Positions 29,202 through 38,563 of a DNA stretch of 57,716 nt are shown here, piece after piece. The stretch comes from Bacteroidota bacterium (GTDB taxonomy: Bacteria; Bacteroidota; Bacteroidia; Bacteroidales; VadinHA17). Each line of letters starts with the position of its first letter. Position 1 is the stretch's first letter. The notes beneath the pieces are model-generated. The model was given only the letters and a program-made list of their open reading frames with translations. It made no database searches and had not been told where the DNA came from. A program made the translations under genes and the position numbers. The DNA is taken from the NCBI GenBank assembly GCA_030706785.1, contig JAUZNW010000002.1, forward strand, positions 1 to 57,716, read 5' to 3'.

Positions 29202-30503
29202 ATGAAAAAATTGTCCTGTTTAATCATACTGGCATTACTTGCGGGTTGTAAAGGGAAAGTTCAGGATTCCTATTTTACGCCTGAAAAAGCTCTTTCCAGT
29301 TTCAGGGCTGTAGAAGCCATATGCAAAAAGGACAGTGGAAAACTATGGGGCCGGAATCTGTATGGTCCGATCATGTTTGTTGACAGGACGACCAGGAGGA
29401 TAACTGCAAATCAGCCTGATAGTGAAGGAATTCTTAAGCTCAGGGACAGTGTTTACACAGGCCTTTATCCAACGGAAAAAGTGATCACAAATTCGGGGAT
29501 CAGCTTCGGAGGGACTCTTTTCGGACTTGCTCCGCTTCCATCGGAAGAGGATAATTACAGGATAATCACCCGGGCGATCCACTGCCTGTTCCACAGGTAC
29601 CAGCAGACAATCGGGATCAATTCAGAGAATTTCAATGTGCCGGTCATGGACGAGAAGCAGGCCAGGATATGGATGAAACTCGAATGGAAAGCCCTCAAAA
29701 AAGCCATTAATTCCGAAAATTCGGAACAGCTGCTTGCGATAAGGGATGCACTTATCTTCAGGGGATCGAACCGTGAATCATACCCGAAATATGCAAATAT
29801 GGAAAACCAGTTTGAGGCATATGAAGGTCTTGCAACCTATACCTATATCTTCCTTACCGCAAAATCACCGGAAGACATTAAATCAAGATTGTTTGAATAT
29901 CTCGACAGAATCTATGCCTACCAGTCATATTCCACATCCTATGGAGCTATTGACGGTGCCCTTTATGCAACACTGCTTCATGCCAAACATTTTAATTTCA
30001 GCACATTAAATACCGATAAGATAGACCTGGGGAAACAGGTGCAGGAGATCTATCAGGTTGAGCTGCCAGCTTCATGCCGCGATGTGGCCGGAAGCATTGC
30101 AATTAATTACTCCATCGATGAAATATATAAGGAGGAGGAGAAGCGCCTTGACGACATCAGGAAAAGGATAGATGAACAGGTGAGTGGTTTCACTGAAAAA
30201 CCAGTAATCAATCTGGCACTCGAAAGCCCTTACTTCGATTTCGAGCCTGAGGATGTTCATTACCTCGATACGCTCGGGACTCTGTACAACAGGATAAGGG
30301 TGTCGGATAACTGGGGGAAACTTACAGTCGACAAGGGAGGCTGCCTCATTTCTAACAACTATAAGAATCTGAGGATAACTGCCAGGGGTCTGAAGGTCGA
30401 TAAAAACCATATCCAAGGTGAAGGATGGCACCTGATACTCAATGACTCCTGGGAGGTAAGGGAGGAGTATCCTGATTATTATATCAGGAAGATGGGGCTG
30501 TGA
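29202..30503 (+). CDS. Hypothetical lipoprotein (433 aa; the track ORF starts at 29181)
   Basis: MKKLSCLIILALLAGC-KG lipobox. No recognisable domain. Confidence 0.55.
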   Translation: MKKLSCLIILALLAGCKGKVQDSYFTPEKALSSFRAVEAICKKDSGKLWGRNLYGPIMFVDRTTRRITANQPDSEGILKLRDSVYTGLYPTEKVITNSGISFGGTLFGLAPLPSEEDNYRIITRAIHCLFHRYQQTIGINSENFNVPVMDEKQARIWMKLEWKALKKAINSENSEQLLAIRDALIFRGSNRESYPKYANMENQFEAYEGLATYTYIFLTAKSPEDIKSRLFEYLDRIYAYQSYSTSYGAIDGALYATLLHAKHFNFSTLNTDKIDLGKQVQEIYQVELPASCRDVAGSIAINYSIDEIYKEEEKRLDDIRKRIDEQVSGFTEKPVINLALESPYFDFEPEDVHYLDTLGTLYNRIRVSDNWGKLTVDKGGCLISNNYKNLRITARGLKVDKNHIQGEGWHLILNDSWEVREEYPDYYIRKMGL

Positions 30504-30517
30504 AAGTCAGAAGTCTC

Positions 30518-30549
30518 TAAAGTTCATAAAGTCCGTAAAGACTTTAAAG
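30518..30549. repeat. Four TAAAG words at a strict 9-nt period in the convergent gap upstream of the valS stop
   Basis: cTAAAGttcaTAAAGtccgTAAAGacttTAAAGac. A small AAAGTC-N6-GACTTT hairpin is embedded in it. Confidence 0.7.
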
Positions 30550-30579
30550 ACATCGAAGCATAAGGCTTGTTGAATTCTA

Positions 30580-33213
30580 CTAAAGTTTAGAGAGTGCCTT
30601 CAGTGATTCCTCCAGTGATCTGATCTTCAGTTCAGCGTCCGATTTCTTTTTCTTTTCAAGCTCAATGACATGTGACGGAGCATTCTGAACAAACCGTTCA
30701 TTGCTCAGCTTCTTCATAACGCTCTCAAGGAATCCTTTGTAATATTCAAGATCCGCCTTGATTTTCAGGCGTTCACTTTCGGTATCAATCGCTTGTTCGA
30801 GAGGGATGTAGTATTCGGTAGTCCCTATCATGAATGAAGCGGCCCCGGCCAGCTTATCGGAAGTGAATCCAATCCCCGAAAGGTAGCCCATTTTAATGAT
30901 GACCGGCAGTAATCCATTTGTATAGGTTTTCTCCCCGGCTCTGACAATCAGCCTCACATGATCTTTCAGAGGGATTTGCTTTTCCTTTCTTACCGAACGG
31001 ATAGCAGAGATTGTCTCCTTTGCTGCCTCAAACTGAGCAATGATCTCTTTGTTGAATTTCTTTACCTTTGGCATTGGGCTTATCATCAGGCTTTCACCAT
31101 CCTTCCTCTTTTCGATCAGATGCCAGATCTCTTCCGTAATGAATGGCATGAAAGGATGGATGATTCTGAGAAGCTGGTCAAAAACAGAAATCGTTGCCAT
31201 ATATGTGGTCCGGTCAATCGGTTTCCTGTACATTGGCTTGATAATTTCAAGATACCATCCGGAAAATTCATCCCAGAACAGCTTATATGTATTCATCAGG
31301 GCTTCCGAGATCCTGAACTTCCTGAAATTGGAATCGATCCCGGCAAGCGACCGATTAAGGATCTCATTGATCCATTTTACTGCTATTGCCGAAGATTCGG
31401 GCTGAGGAATGTTTTCATCAACTTTCCAGCTTTTCACGAGCCTGAAGGCATTCCATATCTTATTGGCAAAATTCCTTCCCTGTTCAGGAAGTGAATCATC
31501 GTACAGCAGGTCGTTGCCGGCAGGAGAGCAAAGCATCATCCCAACCCTGACCCCGTCAGCGCCGTATCTGGCAATAAGATCCAGTGGCTCAGGGGAATTG
31601 CCCAGCGACTTTGACATCTTCCTTCTTTGCTGATCACGAACAAGACCGGTCAGATAAACATTGCTGAAAGGCTTCTCTCCCTGGTATTCATAACCGGCAA
31701 TGATCATTCGGGCAACCCAGAAGAACAGGATCTCAGGAGCTGTGATAAGATCATTTGTAGGATAATAATATTTGAGATCAGGATTACCCGGATTATTGAT
31801 TCCGTCAAATGCTGTGATAGGCCAGAGCCACGATGAGAACCATGTATCAAGGACGTCGTCATCCTGCCGGAGATCTCTCTCCTTCAATGACCTGTTACCA
31901 CTTTTGTCCCTGGCCAGTAACAGTGCTTTCCCGGCATTTTCAGCAACAACAAACTGATTTTCACCAAAATAGTATGCAGGTATCCTGTGTCCCCACCAGA
32001 GCTGCCTGCTAATGCACCAGTCATGGACATTTTCCATCCAGTGCCTGTACAGATTCCTGAATTTTGCGGGATACAGATGAACACTGCCGTTCATGACAGC
32101 ATCCAGGGCAGGCCTGGAGATTTCCTTCATCTTCAGGAACCACTGGATCGAAAGCCTTGGCTCAATCACAGCGTGCGTCCTTTCCGAACGTCCTATCTTA
32201 TTATTATAAGGAACTACTTTGACTAAATTGCCGGTTCTGCGTAATTCCTTTTCAGCCAGATCTTTTGCAGCAAACCTGTCAGCTCCTATAAACATGCCTG
32301 CAGCCTCGCTCATTGTTCCGTCAGGATTGAAAACGTCGATTGAAGGGAGGTTGTGCCTTAATCCTATCTCATAGTCGTTTATATCATGTGCCGGAGTGAT
32401 CTTAAGGCAGCCTGTCCCGAATTCCATATCGACATAATCATCGTATATGAAAGGCACCTCCCTGTTAGCCATCGGAACGATTATCTTTTTACCCTTAAGA
32501 AGCCTGTATCTTTCATCAGCCGGGTTTGCACAAACGGCAGTATCGCCGAGTATCGTTTCCGGACGCGTAGTGGCAACCATCACATATTCATCTTCATCAA
32601 CAACCTTATACCGCACATAATAGAGCTTTGACTTCTCATCTGTATAATTAACCTCTTCATCGGACACTGCGGTCATTGCCTGCGGATCCCAGTTAACCAT
32701 GCGCACCCCTCTGTAAATAAGGCCTTTGTCGTAAAGGTCGACGAATACCTTGATCACTGATTCATATCTCTTTTCATCCATGGTGAAAAGAGTCCTGTCC
32801 CAGTCGCAAGATGCCCCGAGCTTTTTAAGCTGATCCAGTATGATTCCGCCGTGCCTGTGAGTCCATGCCCAGGCATAGTCAAGGAACTCTTCCCTCGTCA
32901 TATCCTTCTTTTCCTTACCCTCCGACTTAAGCTTTGCCACGATCTTTGCTTCAGTTGCAATGGATGCGTGATCAGTTCCCGGCACCCAGCAGGCATTCCT
33001 CCCGAGCATCCTGGCCCTTCGTATTAGAATGTCCTGGATGGTGTTGTTAAGCATATGGCCCATATGGAGGACGCCTGTTACATTCGGCGGGGGAATAACA
33101 ATTGTATAGGGCTCCCTTTCATCAGGTATGCTTCTGAAAAATCCTTGCTTCATCCAGTAATCATACCATTTATTTTCTGCTTTTGCAGGCTCGTATTTTG
33201 AAGGAATATCCAT
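30580..33213 (-). CDS. valS: Valine--tRNA ligase (877 aa from Met at 33213; the track ORF extends to a TTG at 33252)
   Basis: MDIPSKYEP..., HIGH motif ([13 protein letters not shown]), KMSKS motif (RKMSKSLGN), a CP1 editing domain and a C-terminal coiled coil. A candidate -7 box overlaps the upstream TTG, which favours the 33213 start. Confidence 0.92.
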   Translation of the reverse strand: MDIPSKYEPAKAENKWYDYWMKQGFFRSIPDEREPYTIVIPPPNVTGVLHMGHMLNNTIQDILIRRARMLGRNACWVPGTDHASIATEAKIVAKLKSEGKEKKDMTREEFLDYAWAWTHRHGGIILDQLKKLGASCDWDRTLFTMDEKRYESVIKVFVDLYDKGLIYRGVRMVNWDPQAMTAVSDEEVNYTDEKSKLYYVRYKVVDEDEYVMVATTRPETILGDTAVCANPADERYRLLKGKKIIVPMANREVPFIYDDYVDMEFGTGCLKITPAHDINDYEIGLRHNLPSIDVFNPDGTMSEAAGMFIGADRFAAKDLAEKELRRTGNLVKVVPYNNKIGRSERTHAVIEPRLSIQWFLKMKEISRPALDAVMNGSVHLYPAKFRNLYRHWMENVHDWCISRQLWWGHRIPAYYFGENQFVVAENAGKALLLARDKSGNRSLKERDLRQDDDVLDTWFSSWLWPITAFDGINNPGNPDLKYYYPTNDLITAPEILFFWVARMIIAGYEYQGEKPFSNVYLTGLVRDQQRRKMSKSLGNSPEPLDLIARYGADGVRVGMMLCSPAGNDLLYDDSLPEQGRNFANKIWNAFRLVKSWKVDENIPQPESSAIAVKWINEILNRSLAGIDSNFRKFRISEALMNTYKLFWDEFSGWYLEIIKPMYRKPIDRTTYMATISVFDQLLRIIHPFMPFITEEIWHLIEKRKDGESLMISPMPKVKKFNKEIIAQFEAAKETISAIRSVRKEKQIPLKDHVRLIVRAGEKTYTNGLLPVIIKMGYLSGIGFTSDKLAGAASFMIGTTEYYIPLEQAIDTESERLKIKADLEYYKGFLESVMKKLSNERFVQNAPSHVIELEKKKKSDAELKIRSLEESLKALSKL

Positions 33214-33249
33214 GATCTGCCTGAATAAGATGGGTTTTAATTGAAGATG

Positions 33250-33257
33250 CAAAATTA
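33250..33257 (-). promoter_or_regulatory. Candidate -7 promoter box TAatTTTG for valS
   Basis: Plus strand reads CAAAATTA, about 36 nt upstream of the ATG at 33213. Confidence 0.3.
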
Positions 33258-33338
33258 AATAAATTAATGGAAGTTGCTGGTTGCTGGAAGTCTTTTACTT
33301 CCCTGATTTTTGCCAGGAATTGGGGATTCCTCATTATG

Positions 33339-33463
33339 CTTCGCTTCATTCGGAATAACATTCTTACTATTGTTTCATAGGAAGAAGCGGCGAGCCGAAG
33401 GACGGCTCGCCACTTCTTCCCTTTTCCATACACAATTGATCTGTCATCCTGAACGAAGTGAAG
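33339..33463. repeat. Nested palindromic element: 21-nt outer inverted repeats flanking a 17-bp stem-loop
   Basis: Outer arms are CTTCGCTTCATTCGGAATAAC (33339-33359) and GTCATCCTGAACGAAGTGAAG (33443-33463), with 16/21 complementary and all mismatches transitions. The inner hairpin is GGAAGAAGCGGCGAGCC-GAAGGAC-GGCTCGCCACTTCTTCC (33380-33420). Confidence 0.8.
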
Positions 33464-33599
33464 GATCCCAATGTCTCATGCAGAAAGCTTGAAACCCGGG
33501 CTGAATATTGACACTTCAGGTGGTAAAAAGCCGATTCATATAAAAATTCTTATTTAACAGACTGGCTACTTGGCGTCTTCCATCTTCCGTCTATAATTA

Positions 33600-33672
33600 A
33601 TCTGCGCTTATCAGCGGGATCTGCGGGAAACTAATTTTATTATTCCCTCAGATTACGCTGATTCGCACAGAT
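33600..33672. repeat. Long imperfect hairpin (30-nt arms, 13-nt AT loop)
   Basis: ATCTGCGCTTATCAGCGGGATCTGCGGGAA ... TTCCCTCAGATTACGCTGATTCGCACAGAT. 24 of 30 positions are complementary. Confidence 0.75.
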
Positions 33673-33721
33673 TTTAATCGATAACCTGAAAATAAATTAT
33701 CCAAATCGATAATCATTTCAT

Positions 33722-33729
33722 TAATTTTG
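33722..33729 (+). promoter_or_regulatory. Candidate -7 promoter box TAatTTTG for the aminotransferase/LytTR pair
   Basis: TAnnTTTG match about 37 nt upstream of the ATG at 33767. Confidence 0.3.
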
Positions 33730-33766
33730 TCAATCATCTTAAATCAATAAATAAACCGGATCCCAA

Positions 33767-34963
33767 ATGCCATCTATTTCGGAAAAAGGCAGGAAAATGC
33801 CCCCTTCGCCAATCAGAAAGCTCGTACCGTTCTCGGAAGAAGCCAAAAGGAAAGGAAGAATTGTCTATCACCTGAACATCGGTCAGCCCGACATCCCAAC
33901 CCCCGATGTTGCATTAAATGCAATCCGCAACATAGATCTCAAGGTCATTGAATACAGCCACTCTGCCGGAAATGAATCTTACCGCTGCAAACTGGCTTCC
34001 TATTATCAGGGGATAGGCATTAATGTCGGTTCCGGTGATATAATAGTAACCACTGGCGGTTCCGAGGCAATTCTGTTCGCTTTCATGAGTTGTGTAAATC
34101 CGGATGAAGAAGTGATTACGTCTGAGCCCTTCTATGCCAATTACAATGGCTTCGCGGTAACTGCCGGCATAAATATCGTACCTGTAACCTCACATATTGA
34201 GAATGATTTTGCACTTCCTCCCATAGAAGAAATTGAGAAGAGGATTACCTCCCGCACAAGGGGCATAATCATCTGTAATCCAAACAATCCGACGGGATAC
34301 CTTTATTCGGAGAAAGAACTCCTTCTGCTGAAAGATATCGTAAAGGAACACGATCTGTTCCTTTTTTCAGATGAAGCATACCGTGAATTCTGTTACGATG
34401 GTGCAAGGCATTATTCTGCAATGAATCTCAGCGGTATTGAGAAAAATGTCATTCTTGTTGATTCGGTATCGAAACGTTACAGTGAATGCGGAGTAAGGAT
34501 CGGTGCTCTCATAACCAGGAACAGGGAGGTAATTTCCACGGCCATGAAGTTTGCACAGGCACGTCTTTCGCCTCCGGCACTTGGCCAGATTGCAGGTGAA
34601 GCATCAGTAGATACACCGCACGAATATTTTGCAGAAGTGAACAGGGAATATACTGCAAGAAGGAACTACATGGTGGATGCCCTGAATAAGATCCCGGGAG
34701 TTTATTGTCCCAGGCCAAAGGGTGCATTCTATACGGTGGCCAGGCTGCCGGTGGATGACTCCGAAAACTTTGCCAGGTGGCTTCTCGAGGAATTCGAATA
34801 CAAAAACCAGACAGTGATGGTTGCCCCTGCTTCAGGATTCTATTCAACTCCCGGATCGGGAAAGAATGAGGTGAGGATAGCTTATGTCCTCATGATTGAA
34901 GACCTGAAAAATGCAATTGAAACCCTGGCTGAAGCCCTTAAAGCATATCCGGGAAAAGTATGA
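33767..34963 (+). CDS. PLP-dependent aminotransferase, class I/II (aspartate-aminotransferase-like), 398 aa
   Basis: MPPSPIRKL...YHLNIGQPD N-terminal motif, NPNNPTG, and a PLP-lysine context SVSKRYS. Confidence 0.85.
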   Translation: MPSISEKGRKMPPSPIRKLVPFSEEAKRKGRIVYHLNIGQPDIPTPDVALNAIRNIDLKVIEYSHSAGNESYRCKLASYYQGIGINVGSGDIIVTTGGSEAILFAFMSCVNPDEEVITSEPFYANYNGFAVTAGINIVPVTSHIENDFALPPIEEIEKRITSRTRGIIICNPNNPTGYLYSEKELLLLKDIVKEHDLFLFSDEAYREFCYDGARHYSAMNLSGIEKNVILVDSVSKRYSECGVRIGALITRNREVISTAMKFAQARLSPPALGQIAGEASVDTPHEYFAEVNREYTARRNYMVDALNKIPGVYCPRPKGAFYTVARLPVDDSENFARWLLEEFEYKNQTVMVAPASGFYSTPGSGKNEVRIAYVLMIEDLKNAIETLAEALKAYPGKV

Positions 34964-35691
34964 ATAATGAGCTCAGCTGCATAGCAATCGATGATGAGCA
35001 GTCTGAACTGGACATCATAAGTGAGTTTTGCACAAGGATAAGGTATCTTAATCTTGCCGGAACTTTCACCAATCCTTTTGAAGCTGTCAGGACCCTGAAT
35101 AAAATCCATATTGACCTCATTTTCCTTGATATTCAGATGCCCCAGATCTCAGGATTCGAATTCCTGAAATCACTTTATAATCCCCCGATGATCATTTTCA
35201 CATCGCTTGACAGGGATAATGCATTTGAAAGCTTTGAATATGACGCTGTCGATTACCTTGTGAAGCCATTTCCGTTTGAACGTTTTACAAGATCGGTCAA
35301 TAAGGCCTTTCACCTTCTTAAACTGAGGCAGCCCGAAGAAACGCCTGTCAAGGCGGATTCGGGAATATTGCAGCATGGTTTTCTGATGGTCAAGGTCGAA
35401 TACAGCACGATCAGGATAAATCTGACCGATATACTCTACATTGAAGGTCTGAAGGATTATGTCAAAATATACACTGAAGGTAAGCTGGTCCTCACAAAAA
35501 CAACAATGAAGAACATGCTTGAAAAGCTTCCTCCGGAATCCTTCTTCAGGGTGCATAAATCATACATAGTATCGGTCGATAAGATCGACATGATCGAAAA
35601 CAGCAGGATTGTAATTGGAAATCAGAGAATTCCTATCGGAGAGTCTTACAGGTCCTCGTTCTTCAGCATGGTGGGTAAAAACCTCATCTGA
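34960..35691 (+). CDS. LytTR-family response regulator (243 aa)
   Basis: Receiver domain (IDDE acidic pocket, FLDIQMP phospho-acceptor Asp, DYLVKP) plus a C-terminal LytTR DNA-binding domain (ILYIEGLKDYVKIYT...FFRVHKSYIV). Its ATG overlaps the upstream stop as ATGA. Confidence 0.88.
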   Translation: MNNELSCIAIDDEQSELDIISEFCTRIRYLNLAGTFTNPFEAVRTLNKIHIDLIFLDIQMPQISGFEFLKSLYNPPMIIFTSLDRDNAFESFEYDAVDYLVKPFPFERFTRSVNKAFHLLKLRQPEETPVKADSGILQHGFLMVKVEYSTIRINLTDILYIEGLKDYVKIYTEGKLVLTKTTMKNMLEKLPPESFFRVHKSYIVSVDKIDMIENSRIVIGNQRIPIGESYRSSFFSMVGKNLI

Positions 35692-35694
35692 AGC

Positions 35695-36918
35695 CTACAA
35701 ATACTTTTTCTTCATAAACCACAGATCTCTGAGGGCCATGTCAAGATGCAGGGTGCAGAATGTTTCCCTGAAAAGTCCACCGTTTAAGGTACCGTTCTGT
35801 CCGAGTTCAAGAGCAACATTGATAGTACTCAGAGCTCCCTTGAGCGGGATGCCTGCGCCCAGGGTGATCGCCCGGTAATCAATCGGATGGTCATCGATCA
35901 GCAGGTATGATTCACGGTATTCAGCTCCGATCCTGTAGAAAAACATCTTCATGGTTCCCTTCCTTGGCCCAAGTGATGGAAATTCAACCCCGATGGAATA
36001 CCTGTTGCTGTTCCTTGTACTTACATGAGGATTGTTGAAACTGATCCCGCTCCAGCCTTCCCTTTCAAAATCGATACCGGCGCTGAAGAAATCCTTCCTG
36101 ACTCCAATACCGACTCCTATATTGCTCGGAATGCCGTACCTGTAGGTGTGACCTTTTAAATCTTCCACTAAACCTCCGATATTGATAGTTGTTTCGTTCT
36201 TTGTTACCAGCTTTTTAGAAGGGTTATAAATAACACCGGCATAGTATTCGAACTTTTTGATACTGAAGTGGTAGTTCAATCCATAATTAAAATTGACGTT
36301 AGAAACATAGGTAACATCCCTGTAGGCGTAACTGAATACATCAGACGTTTCTGAATGTGTGACATCTCCGAAAAGATATAATGCGTTGGCTCCAAGTGAA
36401 AGATTCTTGAATGGCCTGACCGAAAATCCTAAATAAACCTGATTCACGCCGCCCTCTCCGGAGAAGGTTTTTTTGTACTCGAGGTTTGTACCCTCAACCG
36501 GGGCCTGTGTATTTATATGATATCCAATTGAGCTGTAGGGAGTAAATCCAAAACTGGTTGCCAGCCAGCGAGAGATCCTGAAACCCATTACGATATACTT
36601 CAGGTTGGCATTTACCAGTGACTGATTTTCATGTAATGTTGAATACCTTGTGTATCTGCCAAAAATACCCAGTTCAAAGATCGAAAGGAGGCTGTCCAGT
36701 CCGCTGTAGGATGCCGGATTCAGAAAGTTGATCGATTTGTCTGACGGTAAAGCAATCCCTGTTCCTCCCATACCCTTTAAAGGTCCTATACCATTACTCT
36801 CGAGGGTTCCGAGACCGAATGCAGAGTAAGGCGACGAGTTTGTCTGGGCAGAAGCTCTGCCTGCAAATGCAATCATGCAAAGGATTGTCAGAATGAATAT
36901 TTTTTCTCGCCTCACCAT
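35695..36918 (-). CDS. Outer-membrane beta-barrel protein, family uncertain (FadL/PorV-like?), 407 aa
   Basis: Signal peptide ending ..AGRASAQ. N-terminal SPYSAFGLGTL...GMGGTGIAL...INFLNPAS motif, then alternating amphipathic beta-strand pattern to the C-terminus. Confidence 0.6.
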   Translation of the reverse strand: MVRREKIFILTILCMIAFAGRASAQTNSSPYSAFGLGTLESNGIGPLKGMGGTGIALPSDKSINFLNPASYSGLDSLLSIFELGIFGRYTRYSTLHENQSLVNANLKYIVMGFRISRWLATSFGFTPYSSIGYHINTQAPVEGTNLEYKKTFSGEGGVNQVYLGFSVRPFKNLSLGANALYLFGDVTHSETSDVFSYAYRDVTYVSNVNFNYGLNYHFSIKKFEYYAGVIYNPSKKLVTKNETTINIGGLVEDLKGHTYRYGIPSNIGVGIGVRKDFFSAGIDFEREGWSGISFNNPHVSTRNSNRYSIGVEFPSLGPRKGTMKMFFYRIGAEYRESYLLIDDHPIDYRAITLGAGIPLKGALSTINVALELGQNGTLNGGLFRETFCTLHLDMALRDLWFMKKKYL

Positions 36919-36925
36919 AATCTCC

Positions 36926-38293
36926 TTAATATGACAAATAATAAATCCTTAGCTTTACAGCAGGTTTCTTTCCCTCAATAACCAGCCTGTCGAGACTGGA
37001 CCTTAATTCACCATCTTGCTGAAGGGCGACCATAAGGCCGTGATCATAATTAAAATAAAGGTCGGAAAGCTCATTATTCAGGAATCTGGTTATGTCGAAG
37101 GTATATGAGGTATTTTCGTTCAATTCCTTATCATAATTAAAAGTAGCAACAATCTGATCCCGGTTGGCATCTAATAGAGCAGATCCGAAGCTGTTCAATT
37201 TGTCTGTGTTGTAAATATAGAGGTTCCTTGGCAATGAGAAATGATCATAGGTGTCATTTGCAGGTGTGAGTATCAATTCAGCCTTAAGTATATTCCACCT
37301 CTGTGATGAAAACAGATCCTGAATGGAAGGGAATCTGAATACAGTCACCAATCCTACAAGCCCCTCCATAAAACCTTTGTTGTCAGATTCATTCGAAAAA
37401 ACTACATTCCCTTCCTGCTTGATCTGGAACAGCGGACTTCCTTCAGGATTATAGTCAACATGATTGAACTGGTGATTGGCCAGACCCATTGTAATTGATA
37501 TCACACTATTCACCGGTACACCCTGATCAATATGATAATACAATTTCATGAGGAGATGACTGTCATCGGCTCTAAAGCCAATTATAGCCTTGTCCTCGGC
37601 ATTGCCCTGAGTTAAAATAAATCCCTTTAAATAATCCGAGAAGCCTTCAGATGTTGTAACCTTCGCATCTTTATCTCTTATCAAATTGAACAACTCTTCT
37701 CCGAGAGCATCAATATGGATGTTCACTGTGGTATCCTCCAATGATTTAGGGGTCGGATAAAAAGTAATTGTTCCGATCGACTCGGGCTCATATTCATAAG
37801 ACGTTGTATTGAAAAGGGAGTATTCACTGATATAGGGTAAAGGAGTTATCACTTCAGTAAGCTTGTGAAGGCTGAGGGTCATCAATGCTGTTGTATCACC
37901 GTAACTAGCTTTGTTATAGCTAAATCTTACAACGGCTGAATCGAATATTGCCTTTGGATCAATGTCTTCAAATGACTGGTATGCAAGATCAAAATATGAT
38001 TCGCATTTTACTGTGCCGAAAATATTATCTTTATAGCTGCCGGCATAGGCTATCTTTTGTGATGATGTCGCTACGGAATCGAGCAGCACTGTGAACATAT
38101 TGACTTTAAATGTATCAAGAATCTGAAGTTTTGTCTGAGATTCAATAAAGTCTTCACCTAAAGTAAAATTGCCTGTTTTGGTACAGGAGCCTGTCAGAAA
38201 AATTACTGCTGCGGCCATGACCCACAGGAATAAGGAAATACTTGTAAATGAGGTGATTTGCTTTATTTTCCTGCCCGCCCGGATACCCATCAT
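36926..38293 (-). CDS. Hypothetical lipoprotein (455 aa), possibly DUF4270-like
   Basis: Long N-terminal signal with the lipobox LTGSC-TK. No catalytic motifs recognised. Its stop lies 7 nt upstream of the start of the beta-barrel gene. Confidence 0.5.
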   Translation of the reverse strand: MMGIRAGRKIKQITSFTSISLFLWVMAAAVIFLTGSCTKTGNFTLGEDFIESQTKLQILDTFKVNMFTVLLDSVATSSQKIAYAGSYKDNIFGTVKCESYFDLAYQSFEDIDPKAIFDSAVVRFSYNKASYGDTTALMTLSLHKLTEVITPLPYISEYSLFNTTSYEYEPESIGTITFYPTPKSLEDTTVNIHIDALGEELFNLIRDKDAKVTTSEGFSDYLKGFILTQGNAEDKAIIGFRADDSHLLMKLYYHIDQGVPVNSVISITMGLANHQFNHVDYNPEGSPLFQIKQEGNVVFSNESDNKGFMEGLVGLVTVFRFPSIQDLFSSQRWNILKAELILTPANDTYDHFSLPRNLYIYNTDKLNSFGSALLDANRDQIVATFNYDKELNENTSYTFDITRFLNNELSDLYFNYDHGLMVALQQDGELRSSLDRLVIEGKKPAVKLRIYYLSY

Positions 38294-38532
38294 CTGAAAT
38301 TGAATTTATGCAAATGAATACTAAAAGGTGGTGTGAACAAAGTAAAGTCTACAAACACGGTAAATACGTAGACCTACAGGCATTTTATAAAGATATTAAT
38401 AAAACGTTGTTTAATGCCTTATTATATCTGAGTGTTTTATTTACTATTTAATATTTATCGATTATATTCAGCATATGGTCTACAATTTTATGGCATATAT
38501 CTACTAAGCTTTTTATTGAACTATCCTTCCGA

Positions 38533-38540
38533 TAGTTTTG
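38533..38540 (+). promoter_or_regulatory. Candidate -7 promoter box TAgtTTTG for the Kelch lipoprotein gene
   Basis: TAnnTTTG match about 23 nt upstream of the ATG at 38564. Confidence 0.3.
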
Positions 38541-38563
38541 TGTGAGTTTTTAATAAATACGAC

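Noticed and set aside
33170-33492. Intergenic ORFs reading through repeat words: 33170-33433 (..MLFRMKRSIMRNPQ..), 33310-33492 (..ICHPERSEGSQ..), 52796-53014 (..LCVLCAFFVSFAVKK..) and 57244-57615 (..ITGRSYGAHNH..LQTVRTNGAHG..).
   Set aside because: Their open frames are created by the palindromic word repeats themselves. They overlap candidate promoters or known gene starts and lack coding periodicity outside the repeats.
33253-33766. T-box or other tRNA-sensing leader upstream of valS, suggested by the long structured spacer.
   Set aside because: No T-box consensus (AATTAGGGTGGTACCGCG-like) or specifier-loop architecture is visible. T-box leaders are, to my knowledge, not a Bacteroidota feature. 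The best -7 box lies downstream of the structured elements.
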